Shown here in pieces: positions 15,278 through 25,244 of a stretch of DNA of 64,000 bases. The DNA is taken from assembly GCA_011390675.1 (NCBI GenBank), contig JAABRX010000001.1:5368-69367 (forward strand). Reading direction: 5' to 3'. Both the position numbers and the translations under genes were made by a program. The stretch is from Trueperaceae bacterium (GTDB taxonomy: Bacteria; Deinococcota; Deinococci; Deinococcales; Trueperaceae). The first letter of the stretch is position 1. Every line of letters begins with the position of its first letter. The notes under the pieces are model-generated. The model saw only the letters and a program-made list of their open reading frames with translations, searched no databases and was not told where the DNA came from.

Positions 15278-18258
15278 ATCGGATCCGGCCGAGGCGCGGC
15301 GCCCTCCTCGAGCAGCCCCAGGAAGCGCGCGGTGAGCTCCGGGTCGAACTGGCTGCCGGCGCCGCGCGCGAGCTCGGCGACCGCTGCCTCGTGCGACCAC
15401 GCCTCCTTGTAGGGGCGTTCCGAGGTGAGCGCGTCGTAGACGTCGATCAAGCTGAACACGCGCGCGGCCAACGGGATCGCGGTGCCCGCGAGCCCGTCGG
15501 GGTATCCGGCGCCGTCCCAACGCTCGTGGTGCGACCGCACCAGCTGGCGCGTGTCGACCGGGAGGAAGCGCAGATCGCGGCACAGGTCGTCGCCGATCGT
15601 GGCGTGGGTGCGGATGAGCACGTACTCGTCGGCATCGAGCTTGGACGGCTTGAGCAGCACCTGGTCGGGGATGGCGATCTTGCCGATGTCGTGCAAGTAG
15701 GCGCCCCACTGCAGGGCTCGGGCGCGTTCGGGTGGAAGCTCCAGCGCCGCGGCGAAGCGGTGCGTCAGCGCCACCACCCGGTCGGTGTGCCCCTTGGTCT
15801 CGTAGTCGCGGTACTCGAGCGCGATCCCCAGCGCGCGGAACGCGTCCTGGCGGGTCGCCTCGATCTCGTGCAGGTAGTCGGCGCGCTCGAGCGCGTGCTC
15901 CAGGCGCCGGACGAAGGCGCGCGCCACCGTCAGCTGATCGGACCTCAGCTCGTTGCGGCGCTGGTAGCTCGCGAGCGCCAGCACGTCGACCCCCTCGTCG
16001 GTCGACACCGGTAGGCAGAGCATGGTGGCCAGCCCGAGGTCGGCGAGCCCGGGGACCGCGCCGGGCCAGGCGCCGTAGTCGGGCAGGTACACCACGTCGC
16101 GGGTCGCCGCCGCCGCGCCGACCGCCCCCGACGCGTTCACCACCGGTGCCGAGGCGATGTCGAGGATCCCCTCCGGGATCGTGCCCCACGAGCGCTCCAA
16201 GTGGAGCGCGTCGCCGCGCCCTACGAAGAAGGCGGCGGAGTCCATGGCGAACTCGTGCATGAGCGTCGTCGCGCCCGTCTCGAGGAGCGCGTCGACGTCG
16301 TGCAGGTCCTCGATCGCGCCCGAGAAGTTCGCCAGGTCGCGGTAGCTCGTCGCCGCGGTCCGCAGCCGCTCGAGCAGCTGCGCCACGTCGAGGGCGACCG
16401 CCGCCTGGCCGGCGATCGCCGCCACGAAGGCCGCGTGGCCGGGCGTGCGGGCCGCTCCGTCGACGTAGAACGCCTCGAGCACGCCGAGCGGTCGGCCCTT
16501 GGCGAGCAGCGGGAACGCCGTGTAGGCCTCGAAGCGCCCGAGCATGGCGGCGGGGCCTGCCGCGTGTTCGCGGATCAGGCGGTCGCGACCGTCGACGTCG
16601 AGCGGTGCGCCGGCCGCGAGCGCTCGCCCGGCCAGCCCCTCCCCAGGGCGGAGCGCGACGTCGTGCAGCAGGTGGCGCGGGAGCCCGAGGGTCGCGGCGT
16701 AGCCGAGGGTGCCGGCGTCCGCGTTCTTGAGCAGCACGGCGGCGGCGTCCACCCGCGCGTGGAGCAGCAACTGCTCCAGGATGACGTCGAGCACCGCGGC
16801 GGGCTCGGTCTGGTCCGCGATCGCCGCGTCGATGCGGCGCAGCGTAGCGAGCTGCTCGACTTGCCTCTCCAGCGCTTGGTTGGCGGTGGCGAGGGCGTCG
16901 CGGTGGCGGTGCACGTCGGCTTCCGCGGAGCGTCGCGCGAGAGCGACCTCGACCTGCCGCGCGAACAACCGCGCCAAGGGGCCCGCGTCGTCCGCGAACG
17001 GTGGTGCGTCGGCGAGGCGGTCGATGCACAGCGCCGCTTCGAGGCGGCCGGCGAGCACGATCGGGACGACGAGCGTCGACGCGATGCCGGTCTCGAGCGT
17101 GTAGGCCGAGAGCGCGGCCGGCACGGCCTCGGGCAGGTCGAGCACCACCTTCGGAACGTCCACGACGACGTTCGGTTCGCCGTCGCTCCAGTCCCTCCCG
17201 AACAGCACCTGGTCGGCAGGCAGCTCGAACCGGCTCAGCCGCGCCAGGTCGTACCCGACGGCGGCGACGAAGGCGAAGGTGCCGCGCTCCGTGCGTGCGA
17301 GCGCGCTCCCGCGGGTGCCGCCGAGCTGCTCCAACGCCTCTTCGAGCACGATGGCGAACGGGTTCGGATCGTCGTCCCATGGGCGTTCGTAGAGTCGGAG
17401 CAGGGCGCGCTGCCGGGCCGCGCGCCGCTCCGCTTCGACCGCACGCTTCTCGCGCTCCTGCTCCAGGGCGAGCCGGTCGCTCGCATCGCGGGCGTTGAGC
17501 ACGAACGCACCGACCGCCGGTTCGGCGCGCAGGTCTTGCACCACCGCGTCGGTCGGCAGCCAGGAGCCGTCCCGGGTCCGCAGCCGCAGCGCGCCGCGCC
17601 GTGGCCCGCCGCCGTCCGCGAAGAGCGCAGCTGCGACCGCTCGGTCGTCCGGGTGGATCAGATCGGGCAAGAGCGTACCGATCCGGTCGCGCGGTTCGAA
17701 CCCCAAGATCGGGCGGATCGAGGGCGACACGTACGCGATCACCCCCGTGTCCTGCACGAGCGCGATGACGCCCGACGCGTGCGCGACGAGCGCCTCGAAC
17801 CGCGCGTCCCACGTGCGCCGCTCGGCCAGCAAGCGCTCCTCCTCGGTCAGGTTGCGAGCGAGGACGAGGACCGCGAGCTCGCCGCCCCACGAGACCGGGT
17901 TGGCCGTGATGTCCACCGGGAGCTCGCTGCCGTCCGCCCGCAGGTGGCGCCACCGGGCGGGGCCCGGGTGGACGACGTCCGGACCCTGGTGCCGCAGCCG
18001 TTCCCGGAGCCGCACGCCCTCGTCGGGCGAGCGCAGATCCATCAGGTCGAGGGTCAGGAAGGTCGCGCGGTCGTAGCCGTACGCGGAGCACGCGGCGTCG
18101 TTGACGGCCACGATCCGAAGCGTGGCCCGCAGGTAGATCCAGGCGGGCACCGGGTGGTCGGCGAGCAGCGCATCGAACGCGGCGAGCGACCCGGCGCCGG
18201 CATCGAAATCGTCCTCGTGCACGCTGCTGCTCCTTTCCGCGACGAGCCTCCCGCGCAT
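15250..18258 (-). CDS. Multi-sensor PAS/GAF HD-GYP-domain protein (putative c-di-GMP phosphodiesterase)
   Basis: 1002-aa ORF. Two N-terminal PAS-like modules, a coiled-coil linker and GAF-like repeats. C-terminal HD-GYP motifs HDIGKIAIP and HHERWDGAGYP. Confidence 0.85.
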   Translation of the reverse strand: MRGRLVAERSSSVHEDDFDAGAGSLAAFDALLADHPVPAWIYLRATLRIVAVNDAACSAYGYDRATFLTLDLMDLRSPDEGVRLRERLRHQGPDVVHPGPARWRHLRADGSELPVDITANPVSWGGELAVLVLARNLTEEERLLAERRTWDARFEALVAHASGVIALVQDTGVIAYVSPSIRPILGFEPRDRIGTLLPDLIHPDDRAVAAALFADGGGPRRGALRLRTRDGSWLPTDAVVQDLRAEPAVGAFVLNARDASDRLALEQEREKRAVEAERRAARQRALLRLYERPWDDDPNPFAIVLEEALEQLGGTRGSALARTERGTFAFVAAVGYDLARLSRFELPADQVLFGRDWSDGEPNVVVDVPKVVLDLPEAVPAALSAYTLETGIASTLVVPIVLAGRLEAALCIDRLADAPPFADDAGPLARLFARQVEVALARRSAEADVHRHRDALATANQALERQVEQLATLRRIDAAIADQTEPAAVLDVILEQLLLHARVDAAAVLLKNADAGTLGYAATLGLPRHLLHDVALRPGEGLAGRALAAGAPLDVDGRDRLIREHAAGPAAMLGRFEAYTAFPLLAKGRPLGVLEAFYVDGAARTPGHAAFVAAIAGQAAVALDVAQLLERLRTAATSYRDLANFSGAIEDLHDVDALLETGATTLMHEFAMDSAAFFVGRGDALHLERSWGTIPEGILDIASAPVVNASGAVGAAAATRDVVYLPDYGAWPGAVPGLADLGLATMLCLPVSTDEGVDVLALASYQRRNELRSDQLTVARAFVRRLEHALERADYLHEIEATRQDAFRALGIALEYRDYETKGHTDRVVALTHRFAAALELPPERARALQWGAYLHDIGKIAIPDQVLLKPSKLDADEYVLIRTHATIGDDLCRDLRFLPVDTRQLVRSHHERWDGAGYPDGLAGTAIPLAARVFSLIDVYDALTSERPYKEAWSHEAAVAELARGAGSQFDPELTARFLGLLEEGAAPRPDPIQPGPNTSA

Positions 18259-18710
18259 GCGCCCGCGCGCCTGCGTCGGACGAAGGTGGACGTCCAGCGC
18301 CTCATGCTACGGCGCGACCTCCATCCGCGCCGTGCCGGGGTCGGTGCGTGGAGCGCGTGGCACGCCGCGCGGCGCCCGTCGCGCGTGTCGTGCACGGGCG
18401 ACCGCCGTTCGGGTACCGTGAAGGGACGTCGCCCGCGCGCATCGCGCGGGCGACCGACGTACCCCCCGCCGTTCGCGGCCCGCTCGACCTGAGGACCGCG
18501 CCTTCCGCGGTGTCGCCCGCCCGGGCGGTGCACTGGTTGGAGGGTGAATCCGAACCGGGGCTCCGGTGCGCTCGAGCTGCGCCCCGAACCGAGTGGTACC
18601 GCCGGACCCCGAGGAGGCTCGATGACGATCCCGCAACGGGCGACGCGCCTGGGCGCCCGCGAGTCCAACGCACCCCCTGCCGGCCCCGGTCGGAGCCGCG
18701 GAGCGCGCCG

Positions 18711-21056
18711 ATGCTGACCTCGGTGCTCCTCGCGTTCGCCGTGGCGCTCGCGGCGCCGTCCCTCGCGAACCGCATCGGCGCGCGGGCGGGCTGGGTGCTC
18801 GCGCTCCTGCCCGCCGGGCTCACGGCCTACTACGCCTCGTTCCTCCCGCGCCTCGCGTCGGGCGAGGTCGTCGAGCAGACGCTCGCTTGGGTCCCCCAGG
18901 TGGGCGTCGAACTCGCGTTCCGCATGGACGGGCTCTCGGCGCTCTTCGCGCTGATGATCGCCGGGATCGGCACGTTCATCACGATCTACGGCGGCGGCTA
19001 CCTCGCCGGCGACCGCCAGCTGCCGCGCTTCTACCTGTTGCTGTTCGCCTTCATGGCGGCGATGCTCGGGGTCGTCCTCACCGACGACCTGGTCACGCTG
19101 TTCGTGTTCTGGGAGCTGACCAGCATCACGTCGTACTTCCTCATCGGCTACAAGCACGAGTACGAGGACAGCCGCACCAGCGCGCTGCAGGCGCTGCTCG
19201 TGACCGGCACGGGCGGGCTGGCGATGCTCGGCGGCTTCCTGCTCCTCGGTCAGATCGGCGGCACGTACCGCATCTCCGAGCTGATGGCGTCCCCGGACGT
19301 GCTCCAGGCGAGCCCCTGGTACGCCGCCGCGCTGCTGCTCGTCGCCGCGGGGGCGCTCACCAAGTCGGCCCAGTTCCCGTTCCACTTCTGGCTCCCGAGC
19401 GCCATGGCGGCACCGACGCCGGTGAGCGCGTACCTGCACTCCGCGACGATGGTCAAGGCCGGCGTCTACCTGCTCGCGCGCATGGCGCCCGGGCTCGGGG
19501 GGACGCCGCTCTGGTTCTGGCTGTTGACGCTCGCCGGCGGCGCGACGATCCTCGCGGCGGCGGGCCTGGCCATGCTGCAGCGCGACAGCAAGCGCTTGCT
19601 CGCGTACAGCACGCTCATCGCGCTCGGCACGCTGGTGCTGTTGATCGGCGTCGGTACCCCGGCCGCGATCAAGGGGATGGTCGTCTTCCTCCTCGCGCAC
19701 TCGCTGTACAAGGCCCCGCTCTTCATGGTCGCCGGTGCGGTCGACCACGAGGCCGGCAGCCGCGACGTCACCAAGCTCCGCGGGCTCGGGCGCGTGATGC
19801 CGTGGACCTGGGTGGCGGCGGTCGTCGCCGGCGTCAGCGCCGCCGGGCTGCCGCCGATGCTCGGGTTCGTCGGCAAGGAGCTCGCGTACGAAGGGCTCTT
19901 CGACACGCCCTGGCTCCTCGCGGCGCTGATCGCCGCGTCGGCCGTCATGCTCGTCATCGTCGTGCTCGTCGCCTGGCGCCCGTTCGCGGGGCGCACGGTC
20001 GAGGCGCCCAAGGCCGCGCACGAGGCGCCGCTCTCGCTGCTGATCGGTCCGCTGACGATCGCTGGCCTCGGGCTGGCCTTCGGGGTCCGGCCCGACCTGC
20101 TGCAGGACGGCCTGATGCGACCGGCCGCCGCCGCGGTCCTCGGGGCGCCCTACGCCTTCGATCTCTACCTGTGGCACGGCCTCACGCTGGCGCTCGGCCT
20201 CTCGGTGCTGACGGTGCTGCTGGGCGTGGTGCTCACCGCGACCTGGCCCCGCCTGCACCCGGCGCTCGTCGCGCGCTTCGGCGACCTGACCTGGGGTCCT
20301 GCTGCCGGGTACTTCGCACTCCTCAAGGGGCTCGTGGCCGCGGCGTACGCGCAGACCAAGTTCCTGCAGTCCGACGACCTACGCCACCACCTCACCGTGA
20401 TCGTCGCGTTCGCGATCGGCCTGACCGGCACCGTCGGGATCGCGTCCGGGGCCTTCGCAGGCCTTGCGCTCGCGCCGGTGTTCGAGTACGGCTACGAAGT
20501 GGTGCTGCTGCTCGTGATCGTGGCCGCGGTCGCGAGCGCCGTGCGCGCTCACTCGCGCATGGTGGCCATCACGTCGCTCGGCGTCGTCGGCTTGGGCATC
20601 GCGCTCCTCTTCGTGCTCTTCGCCGCGCCCGATCTGGCGATCACCCAGTTCCTCGTGGAGACCCTGATCGTGATCATCGCCGCGCTCGTGCTGGTGCGGC
20701 TCCCGAGCGGTACGCTGCGGGCGCCCGGCAACGGCCGCGTCCGACTCTTGGCCGGTACGATCGCCGCGCTCGGAGGCGCGCTCTTCGCGGGGCTCCTGAT
20801 GGCGGTCACGTCGTACCCGCTCGACCGCACCCTCACCGAGTTCTACGAGGCCGCGAGTTACCCCGAGGCCAACGGACGCAACATCGTCAACGTGATCCTG
20901 GTCGACTTCCGCGGCATCGATACGCTCGGGGAGATCACCGTGCTCGCGGCCGCTGCGAGCGGCGTCTACGCCCTGCTCCGGCGGGCGCGCACCAAGCGCG
21001 TCGACGCGCCTGCCGGTCCCGACGACGGCGCCGCGGACGAAGGGGGAGCGTCATGA
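18711..21056 (+). CDS. mrpA: Na+/H+ antiporter subunit A (MrpA/MnhA, with fused MrpB-like domain)
   Basis: Internal ATG of track ORF 18348..21056. Polytopic. NuoL-like motifs ([27 protein letters not shown]). Confidence 0.9.
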   Translation: MLTSVLLAFAVALAAPSLANRIGARAGWVLALLPAGLTAYYASFLPRLASGEVVEQTLAWVPQVGVELAFRMDGLSALFALMIAGIGTFITIYGGGYLAGDRQLPRFYLLLFAFMAAMLGVVLTDDLVTLFVFWELTSITSYFLIGYKHEYEDSRTSALQALLVTGTGGLAMLGGFLLLGQIGGTYRISELMASPDVLQASPWYAAALLLVAAGALTKSAQFPFHFWLPSAMAAPTPVSAYLHSATMVKAGVYLLARMAPGLGGTPLWFWLLTLAGGATILAAAGLAMLQRDSKRLLAYSTLIALGTLVLLIGVGTPAAIKGMVVFLLAHSLYKAPLFMVAGAVDHEAGSRDVTKLRGLGRVMPWTWVAAVVAGVSAAGLPPMLGFVGKELAYEGLFDTPWLLAALIAASAVMLVIVVLVAWRPFAGRTVEAPKAAHEAPLSLLIGPLTIAGLGLAFGVRPDLLQDGLMRPAAAAVLGAPYAFDLYLWHGLTLALGLSVLTVLLGVVLTATWPRLHPALVARFGDLTWGPAAGYFALLKGLVAAAYAQTKFLQSDDLRHHLTVIVAFAIGLTGTVGIASGAFAGLALAPVFEYGYEVVLLLVIVAAVASAVRAHSRMVAITSLGVVGLGIALLFVLFAAPDLAITQFLVETLIVIIAALVLVRLPSGTLRAPGNGRVRLLAGTIAALGGALFAGLLMAVTSYPLDRTLTEFYEAASYPEANGRNIVNVILVDFRGIDTLGEITVLAAAASGVYALLRRARTKRVDAPAGPDDGAADEGGAS

Positions 21057-21463
21057 ACAGCGTCATCCTCCGCTCCGCCACCAGCTTGCTCATCGCGGTC
21101 CTGCTGCTGTTCAGCGTGTTCCTCTTGCTCCGCGGGCACGACCTTCCGGGCGGCGGCTTCATCGGCGGCCTCCTCGCCGCGTCGGCGGCGGCGCTGTACG
21201 CGATCGCGTATGGCCACCCGGCGGCCGTGCGGCTGCTGCGGGTACCGCCGCAGGCGCTGATCGGTTGGGGGCTCGCGCTCGGCGTCGGGGCCGGGCTGCT
21301 CGCCGCGCTCCAGGGCGAGCCGTATCTGACCGGTCAATGGCTGATCTTCAGCTTCGCCGGCGTCGAGTGGAAGCTCAGTTCGCCGCTCGTGTTCGACGTC
21401 GGCGTCTACCTGGTCGTCGTGGGCGTGGTGCTCACGATGGTGTTCGCCCTGGAGGAGCGCTGA
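21053..21463 (+). CDS. mrpB: Na+/H+ antiporter subunit B
   Basis: [44 protein letters not shown] overlap with mrpA. Confidence 0.85.
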   Translation: MNSVILRSATSLLIAVLLLFSVFLLLRGHDLPGGGFIGGLLAASAAALYAIAYGHPAAVRLLRVPPQALIGWGLALGVGAGLLAALQGEPYLTGQWLIFSFAGVEWKLSSPLVFDVGVYLVVVGVVLTMVFALEER

Positions 21464-21464
21464 C

Positions 21465-21857
21465 GTGGAGGTCCCCCTCGCCCTCGTCGTCGGCGCGATC
21501 ATCGCCGGCGCCCTCTACCTGCTGTTGCAGCGCAACCTGCTGCGCTTCGTCTTCGGCCTCATCCTCTTGTCCGGGGGGGTCAACTTGCTCCTGTTCACCG
21601 CCGGCCGGCCCACCCGCGGTGCCCCACCCCTCGTGCCCGAAGGCGCGTACGCTCCGGTCGGCGCCGTCGCGAACGGCCTCCCGCAGGCGCTGATCCTGAC
21701 CGCCATCGTCATCGGCTTCGGCCTCACCTCGTTCGCGCTGGTCCTGCTGCTGCGTGCGTACGAACGTCTGGGCACGCTGAGCACCGACGAGCTCTCCGCG
21801 CGCGTCGCCGACCCGCGGCCGGTCGCCGGCAGCGACGACGGGGAGGTGGCGCCATGA
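21465..21857 (+). CDS. mrpC: Na+/H+ antiporter subunit C (NuoK-like)
   Basis: 130-aa hydrophobic ORF in the operon position. GTG start 1 nt after the mrpB stop. Confidence 0.85.
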   Translation: MEVPLALVVGAIIAGALYLLLQRNLLRFVFGLILLSGGVNLLLFTAGRPTRGAPPLVPEGAYAPVGAVANGLPQALILTAIVIGFGLTSFALVLLLRAYERLGTLSTDELSARVADPRPVAGSDDGEVAP

Positions 21858-23362
21858 GCTGGTTCGTCGTCGCCCCGGTCGTGCTCCCGCTGCTGACCGC
21901 CGCTGCGCTGTTCTTGCTCCGCGACCGCCTCGAGGCGCAGCGCGTGCTTTCCACCACGTCCGCCGCGCTCGGACTGATCGCGGCGATCGTGGTCCTGGGC
22001 CGCGTGTCGCAGCACGGCATCCAGGTGGCCCAGTTCGGCGATTGGAGCGCCCCGTTCGGGATCAGCTTCGTCGCCGATCACCTCTCCGCGATCATGGTCG
22101 TGATCAGCGGCGTGATGGCGACGGCGGTCGCCGTGTACGCGCTGCGCGACATCGACCCGGAGCGCGAGCGGCTCGGCTACCACGCGCTCTTCCACGTGCT
22201 CCTCGCCGGCATCAACGGTGCCTTCCTCACCGGCGACCTGTTCAACCTCTACGTCTGGTTCGAGGTGCTCCTCATCTCCAGCTTCGTGCTGTTGACCCTC
22301 GGCAATCGCCGGGAGCAGCTCGAGGGGGGCGTCAAGTACGTCGCCGTCAACCTGGTCTCGTCGATGATCTTCCTGGCCGCCACCGGGCTCGTGTACGGCA
22401 CCACCGGGACGCTCAACATGGCCGACCTGGCGGTCAAGCTCCCGCAGGCCGACCCGGCGCTGGTGGCGACGCTCTCGATGCTGTTCTTGGTGGCGTTCGG
22501 GATCAAGGCTGCGGTGTTCCCGCTGTTCTTCTGGCTGCCGGCCTCGTACCACACGCCGCCCGTCGCGGTCTCGGCGATCTTCGCCGGCATGCTCACCAAG
22601 GTGGGCGTGTATGCGCTCATCCGCTCGTTCACGCTGCTGTTCGTCGGCGACGTCGCGCTCACGCACACGATCCTGCTGTGGGTGGCGGGCGTGACCATGC
22701 TGACGGGGGTGCTCGGGGCCGCCGCGCAGAACGAGTTCCGCAAGATCCTCTCGTTCCACATCATCAGCCAGATCGGCTACATGATCCTGGGCCTCGCGCT
22801 CTACACCCCGCTCGGCCTCATGGGCGCGGTCTTCTACCTGGTGCACCACATCGTCGTGAAGGGGAACCTGTTCCTGGTGGCCGGCATCGCGCGCGCCACC
22901 GGCGGCAGCTTCGAGCTCGATCGGCTCGGCGGGCTCTACCGCTACCGGCCGCTGCTCGCGGTGCTGTTCGTGATCCCCGCGTTCTCGCTCGCCGGCTTCC
23001 CGCCGCTCTCGGGCTTCTGGGCCAAGCTGGTCGTGATCCAGGCCGGCCTCGCGGCCCAAGAGTGGTTCTTCGTGGCGCTGGCGCTCGTGGTCGGCCTGCT
23101 GACGATCTACTCGATGACCAAGATCTGGCAGGCCGCCTTCTGGTCGCCGGCGCCCGAGGGGACGACGCTGCGCGCGGACGTGCCCAAACTGCTCTACGCC
23201 CCGGTGATCGGCCTCGCGGCCATCACGCTGGTCATCGGCTTCTGGAGCGGACCGTTCGTCGCGCTCGCGCAGGCCGCTGCGAGCGAGCTGCTGAACCCCG
23301 CGGGGTACGTCGGTGCGGTGCTCGGGCCCGAAGCGGCGGCACTGGTCGGGGGGCCGCGGTGA
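21854..23362 (+). CDS. mrpD: Na+/H+ antiporter subunit D (NuoM/N-like)
   Basis: 502-aa polytopic ORF. Motifs FNLYVWFEVLLISSF and FPLFFWLP. ATGA overlap with mrpC. Confidence 0.9.
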   Translation: MSWFVVAPVVLPLLTAAALFLLRDRLEAQRVLSTTSAALGLIAAIVVLGRVSQHGIQVAQFGDWSAPFGISFVADHLSAIMVVISGVMATAVAVYALRDIDPERERLGYHALFHVLLAGINGAFLTGDLFNLYVWFEVLLISSFVLLTLGNRREQLEGGVKYVAVNLVSSMIFLAATGLVYGTTGTLNMADLAVKLPQADPALVATLSMLFLVAFGIKAAVFPLFFWLPASYHTPPVAVSAIFAGMLTKVGVYALIRSFTLLFVGDVALTHTILLWVAGVTMLTGVLGAAAQNEFRKILSFHIISQIGYMILGLALYTPLGLMGAVFYLVHHIVVKGNLFLVAGIARATGGSFELDRLGGLYRYRPLLAVLFVIPAFSLAGFPPLSGFWAKLVVIQAGLAAQEWFFVALALVVGLLTIYSMTKIWQAAFWSPAPEGTTLRADVPKLLYAPVIGLAAITLVIGFWSGPFVALAQAAASELLNPAGYVGAVLGPEAAALVGGPR

Positions 23363-23832
23363 GCCTCCTGGGACTGCACCTCGTGCTCACGATCCTGTGG
23401 GCGATGGCGACCGGCTCGCTCGAGCTCGTCAACCTCTTCGTCGGCTTCGTGGTCGGTGGTGGTGTGCTGCACTTCGCCGGCCCCGCGCTCGGCGACCCGC
23501 GCTACGGCATCCGGGCGCTGCGGATCGTGGGGTTGACGCTGTTCTTCTTCCGCGAGCTCTTCGTGTCCAGCGTGCGGGTCGCGATCGACGTGCTGCGGCC
23601 ACGCCTGACGATGACGCCGGCGCTCGTCGCGGTGCCGCTCGACCTGACGAGCGACGCGGCGATCACGCTGCTCGCCAACATGGTGTCGCTCACGCCCGGG
23701 ACCCTGTCGATCGACGTCGCCGACGACCGGTCGTGTCTCTTCGTGCACGCCATGTACGGCGAGGACCCCGACGCGGTGCGGCGGAGCATCAAGCACGACT
23801 TCGAGCGCCGGATCCAGGAGGTGTTCCGATGA
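23359..23832 (+). CDS. mrpE: Na+/H+ antiporter subunit E
   Basis: GTG start with GTGA overlap. Motif LANMVSLTPGTLSIDV typical of MnhE. Confidence 0.8.
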   Translation: MSLLGLHLVLTILWAMATGSLELVNLFVGFVVGGGVLHFAGPALGDPRYGIRALRIVGLTLFFFRELFVSSVRVAIDVLRPRLTMTPALVAVPLDLTSDAAITLLANMVSLTPGTLSIDVADDRSCLFVHAMYGEDPDAVRRSIKHDFERRIQEVFR

Positions 23833-24128
23833 CGCTCTTCGAGGCAGCCCCCACCTTCCTCAGTTTCGCCGCGTACGCGGCCATCGTCGCGGTCGTCCTG
23901 TCGGTCGCCGCCGCCGCGGTGCGCGTGCTCCGGGGCCCGAGCCTCCCCGACCGGGTGCTGGCGCTGGACATGATCGGTCTGTTGTCGGTCTCGTTCATCG
24001 CGGTCGTCGCGATCGCGTCGCACCAGGCCGTGCTGCTCGACGCCGCCATCGCGATCGCGCTCGTGAGTTTCCTCGGCACGGTGGCCTTCTCGCGCTTCAT
24101 CGAGCGCCGCAGTCGGGAGGAGTCGTGA
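23829..24128 (+). CDS. mrpF: Na+/H+ antiporter subunit F
   Basis: 99-aa hydrophobic protein. Motif LRGPSLPDRVLALD typical of MnhF. ATGA overlap. Confidence 0.8.
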   Translation: MTLFEAAPTFLSFAAYAAIVAVVLSVAAAAVRVLRGPSLPDRVLALDMIGLLSVSFIAVVAIASHQAVLLDAAIAIALVSFLGTVAFSRFIERRSREES

Positions 24129-24499
24129 ACGAGATCGTGGCGGGCGCTCTGCTGCTCCTCGGCGCGTTCTTCGTGCTCGTCTCGGCGATCGGGATCCTGC
24201 GCTTCCCCGACCTGTACATGCGCATGCACGGCGCGACCAAGGCCGGCACGCTCGGCGCCGGCCTCATCCTGCTCGGCGCATCGGTGCTGTTCGGGACCCT
24301 CGCCGTGACCGTCAAGGCGATGGCGGTGTTCGTCTTCTTGCTGCTGACGGCGCCCGTGGCGGCGCACGTGCTCGGGCGCGCGGCGCACCACGAGGACGTG
24401 CCCAAATGGGAGCGGACCGGCGTGGACGAGCTCGAGGGGCGGTACGACCGGAGCGATCCCGAGCACGACGGACCGACGGGGGTCACGGCGAAGGGCTAG
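24125..24499 (+). CDS. mrpG: Na+/H+ antiporter subunit G
   Basis: Motif IGILRFPDLYMRMHGATKAGTLG typical of MnhG. GTGA overlap. Confidence 0.85.
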   Translation: MNEIVAGALLLLGAFFVLVSAIGILRFPDLYMRMHGATKAGTLGAGLILLGASVLFGTLAVTVKAMAVFVFLLLTAPVAAHVLGRAAHHEDVPKWERTGVDELEGRYDRSDPEHDGPTGVTAKG

Positions 24500-24560
24500 G
24501 ACCGGCTCCGGACGAGGTGCGCGCCGGTCGTTGGGCACGTCCCCTGGACGAGCCTCGGCG

Positions 24561-25145
24561 TCAAGCGCCCGCGAGCGCCAGCGCCCGCCTCGCGATGATG
24601 GGCCAACCGTCGCAGCGCTCCACCCCGGGCGCTTCGAAGGAGGCGTTGTACGCCTCGTGGCGCAACAGCACCGTCAGCCCGTCCTCGGCGAGCGCGCGCG
24701 CTTCGACGGGCGCGTCCTCGACCATGACCCGCGCGCCCAAGGCGCGCACCTGCGCGGCCTTGCCGACGCCCTTCGGGGCGTGGTGCACGGGCAGCTCAGG
24801 GAAGCCGTGGCGGAGCAGCCAGTCCAAGGTGATCGCGCTCAGGGTGTCCGGTCGACGGGTCACGTAGCCGCCGGCGATGCCCGCGTCGTGCAGCGCCCAC
24901 ACCCCCTCGAGCGCTCCCGGGACCACGTCGGCGTCGCCGTACACGCCGTGTTCGCCGCTGAAGTAGGCGCGTTGGAAGAGCTCCTGGACGCGCGGCCGGA
25001 ACCGTGAGGGCCAGGGCGTGAAGGGATCGGCGTAGTCGTCGAAGCGCCCCAGTTCGGCTGGATCGGCCCCGGTCTCGCGAAGCGCGAGCCGCACGAAGCC
25101 GTGGATGCTGTCGGCGAGGACGCCGTCGACGTCGAAGGCCACCAT
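24561..25145 (-). CDS. HAD-superfamily hydrolase (5'(3')-nucleotidase-like)
   Basis: C-terminal 194 aa of track ORF 24561..27536. N-terminal DxD motif [13 protein letters not shown]. Confidence 0.65.
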   Translation of the reverse strand: MVAFDVDGVLADSIHGFVRLALRETGADPAELGRFDDYADPFTPWPSRFRPRVQELFQRAYFSGEHGVYGDADVVPGALEGVWALHDAGIAGGYVTRRPDTLSAITLDWLLRHGFPELPVHHAPKGVGKAAQVRALGARVMVEDAPVEARALAEDGLTVLLRHEAYNASFEAPGVERCDGWPIIARRALALAGA

Positions 25146-25150
25146 GGCGA

Positions 25151-25156
25151 GAGGGT
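25151..25156 (-). promoter_or_regulatory. -10-like TACCCT, 5 nt upstream of the HAD hydrolase ATG
   Basis: The minus strand reads TACCCT-ctcgc-ATG. Confidence 0.3.
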
Positions 25157-25244
25157 ACCGCGGTGCCGCGCGCCGTCCCGCATCGTGCGCCCTGCTACCG
25201 TGAGGCATGCGCCGTTCACCGTCGTTCGACCACCGGGTACGCCC

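Noticed and set aside
14597-18091. Very long track ORFs such as 14597..18091(-) 1164 aa, 51300..54965(+) 1221 aa, 54632..59269(+) 1545 aa, 998..2941(-) 647 aa, 7019..9280(+) 753 aa, 18054..20258(-) 734 aa, 11122..13734(-) 870 aa and 24561..27536(-) upstream of 25145.
   Set aside because: Their translations are Arg/Pro/Gly/Ala-rich low complexity with no family motifs. Each lies antisense or out of frame to a gene with clear family signatures. High GC content suppresses stop codons in all frames.
18348-18710. 121-codon N-terminal extension of mrpA, as drawn in the ORF track.
   Set aside because: The extension is Arg/Pro-rich and non-hydrophobic. MrpA proteins begin directly with a TM helix, and ATG 18711 has a GGAG SD 7 nt upstream.
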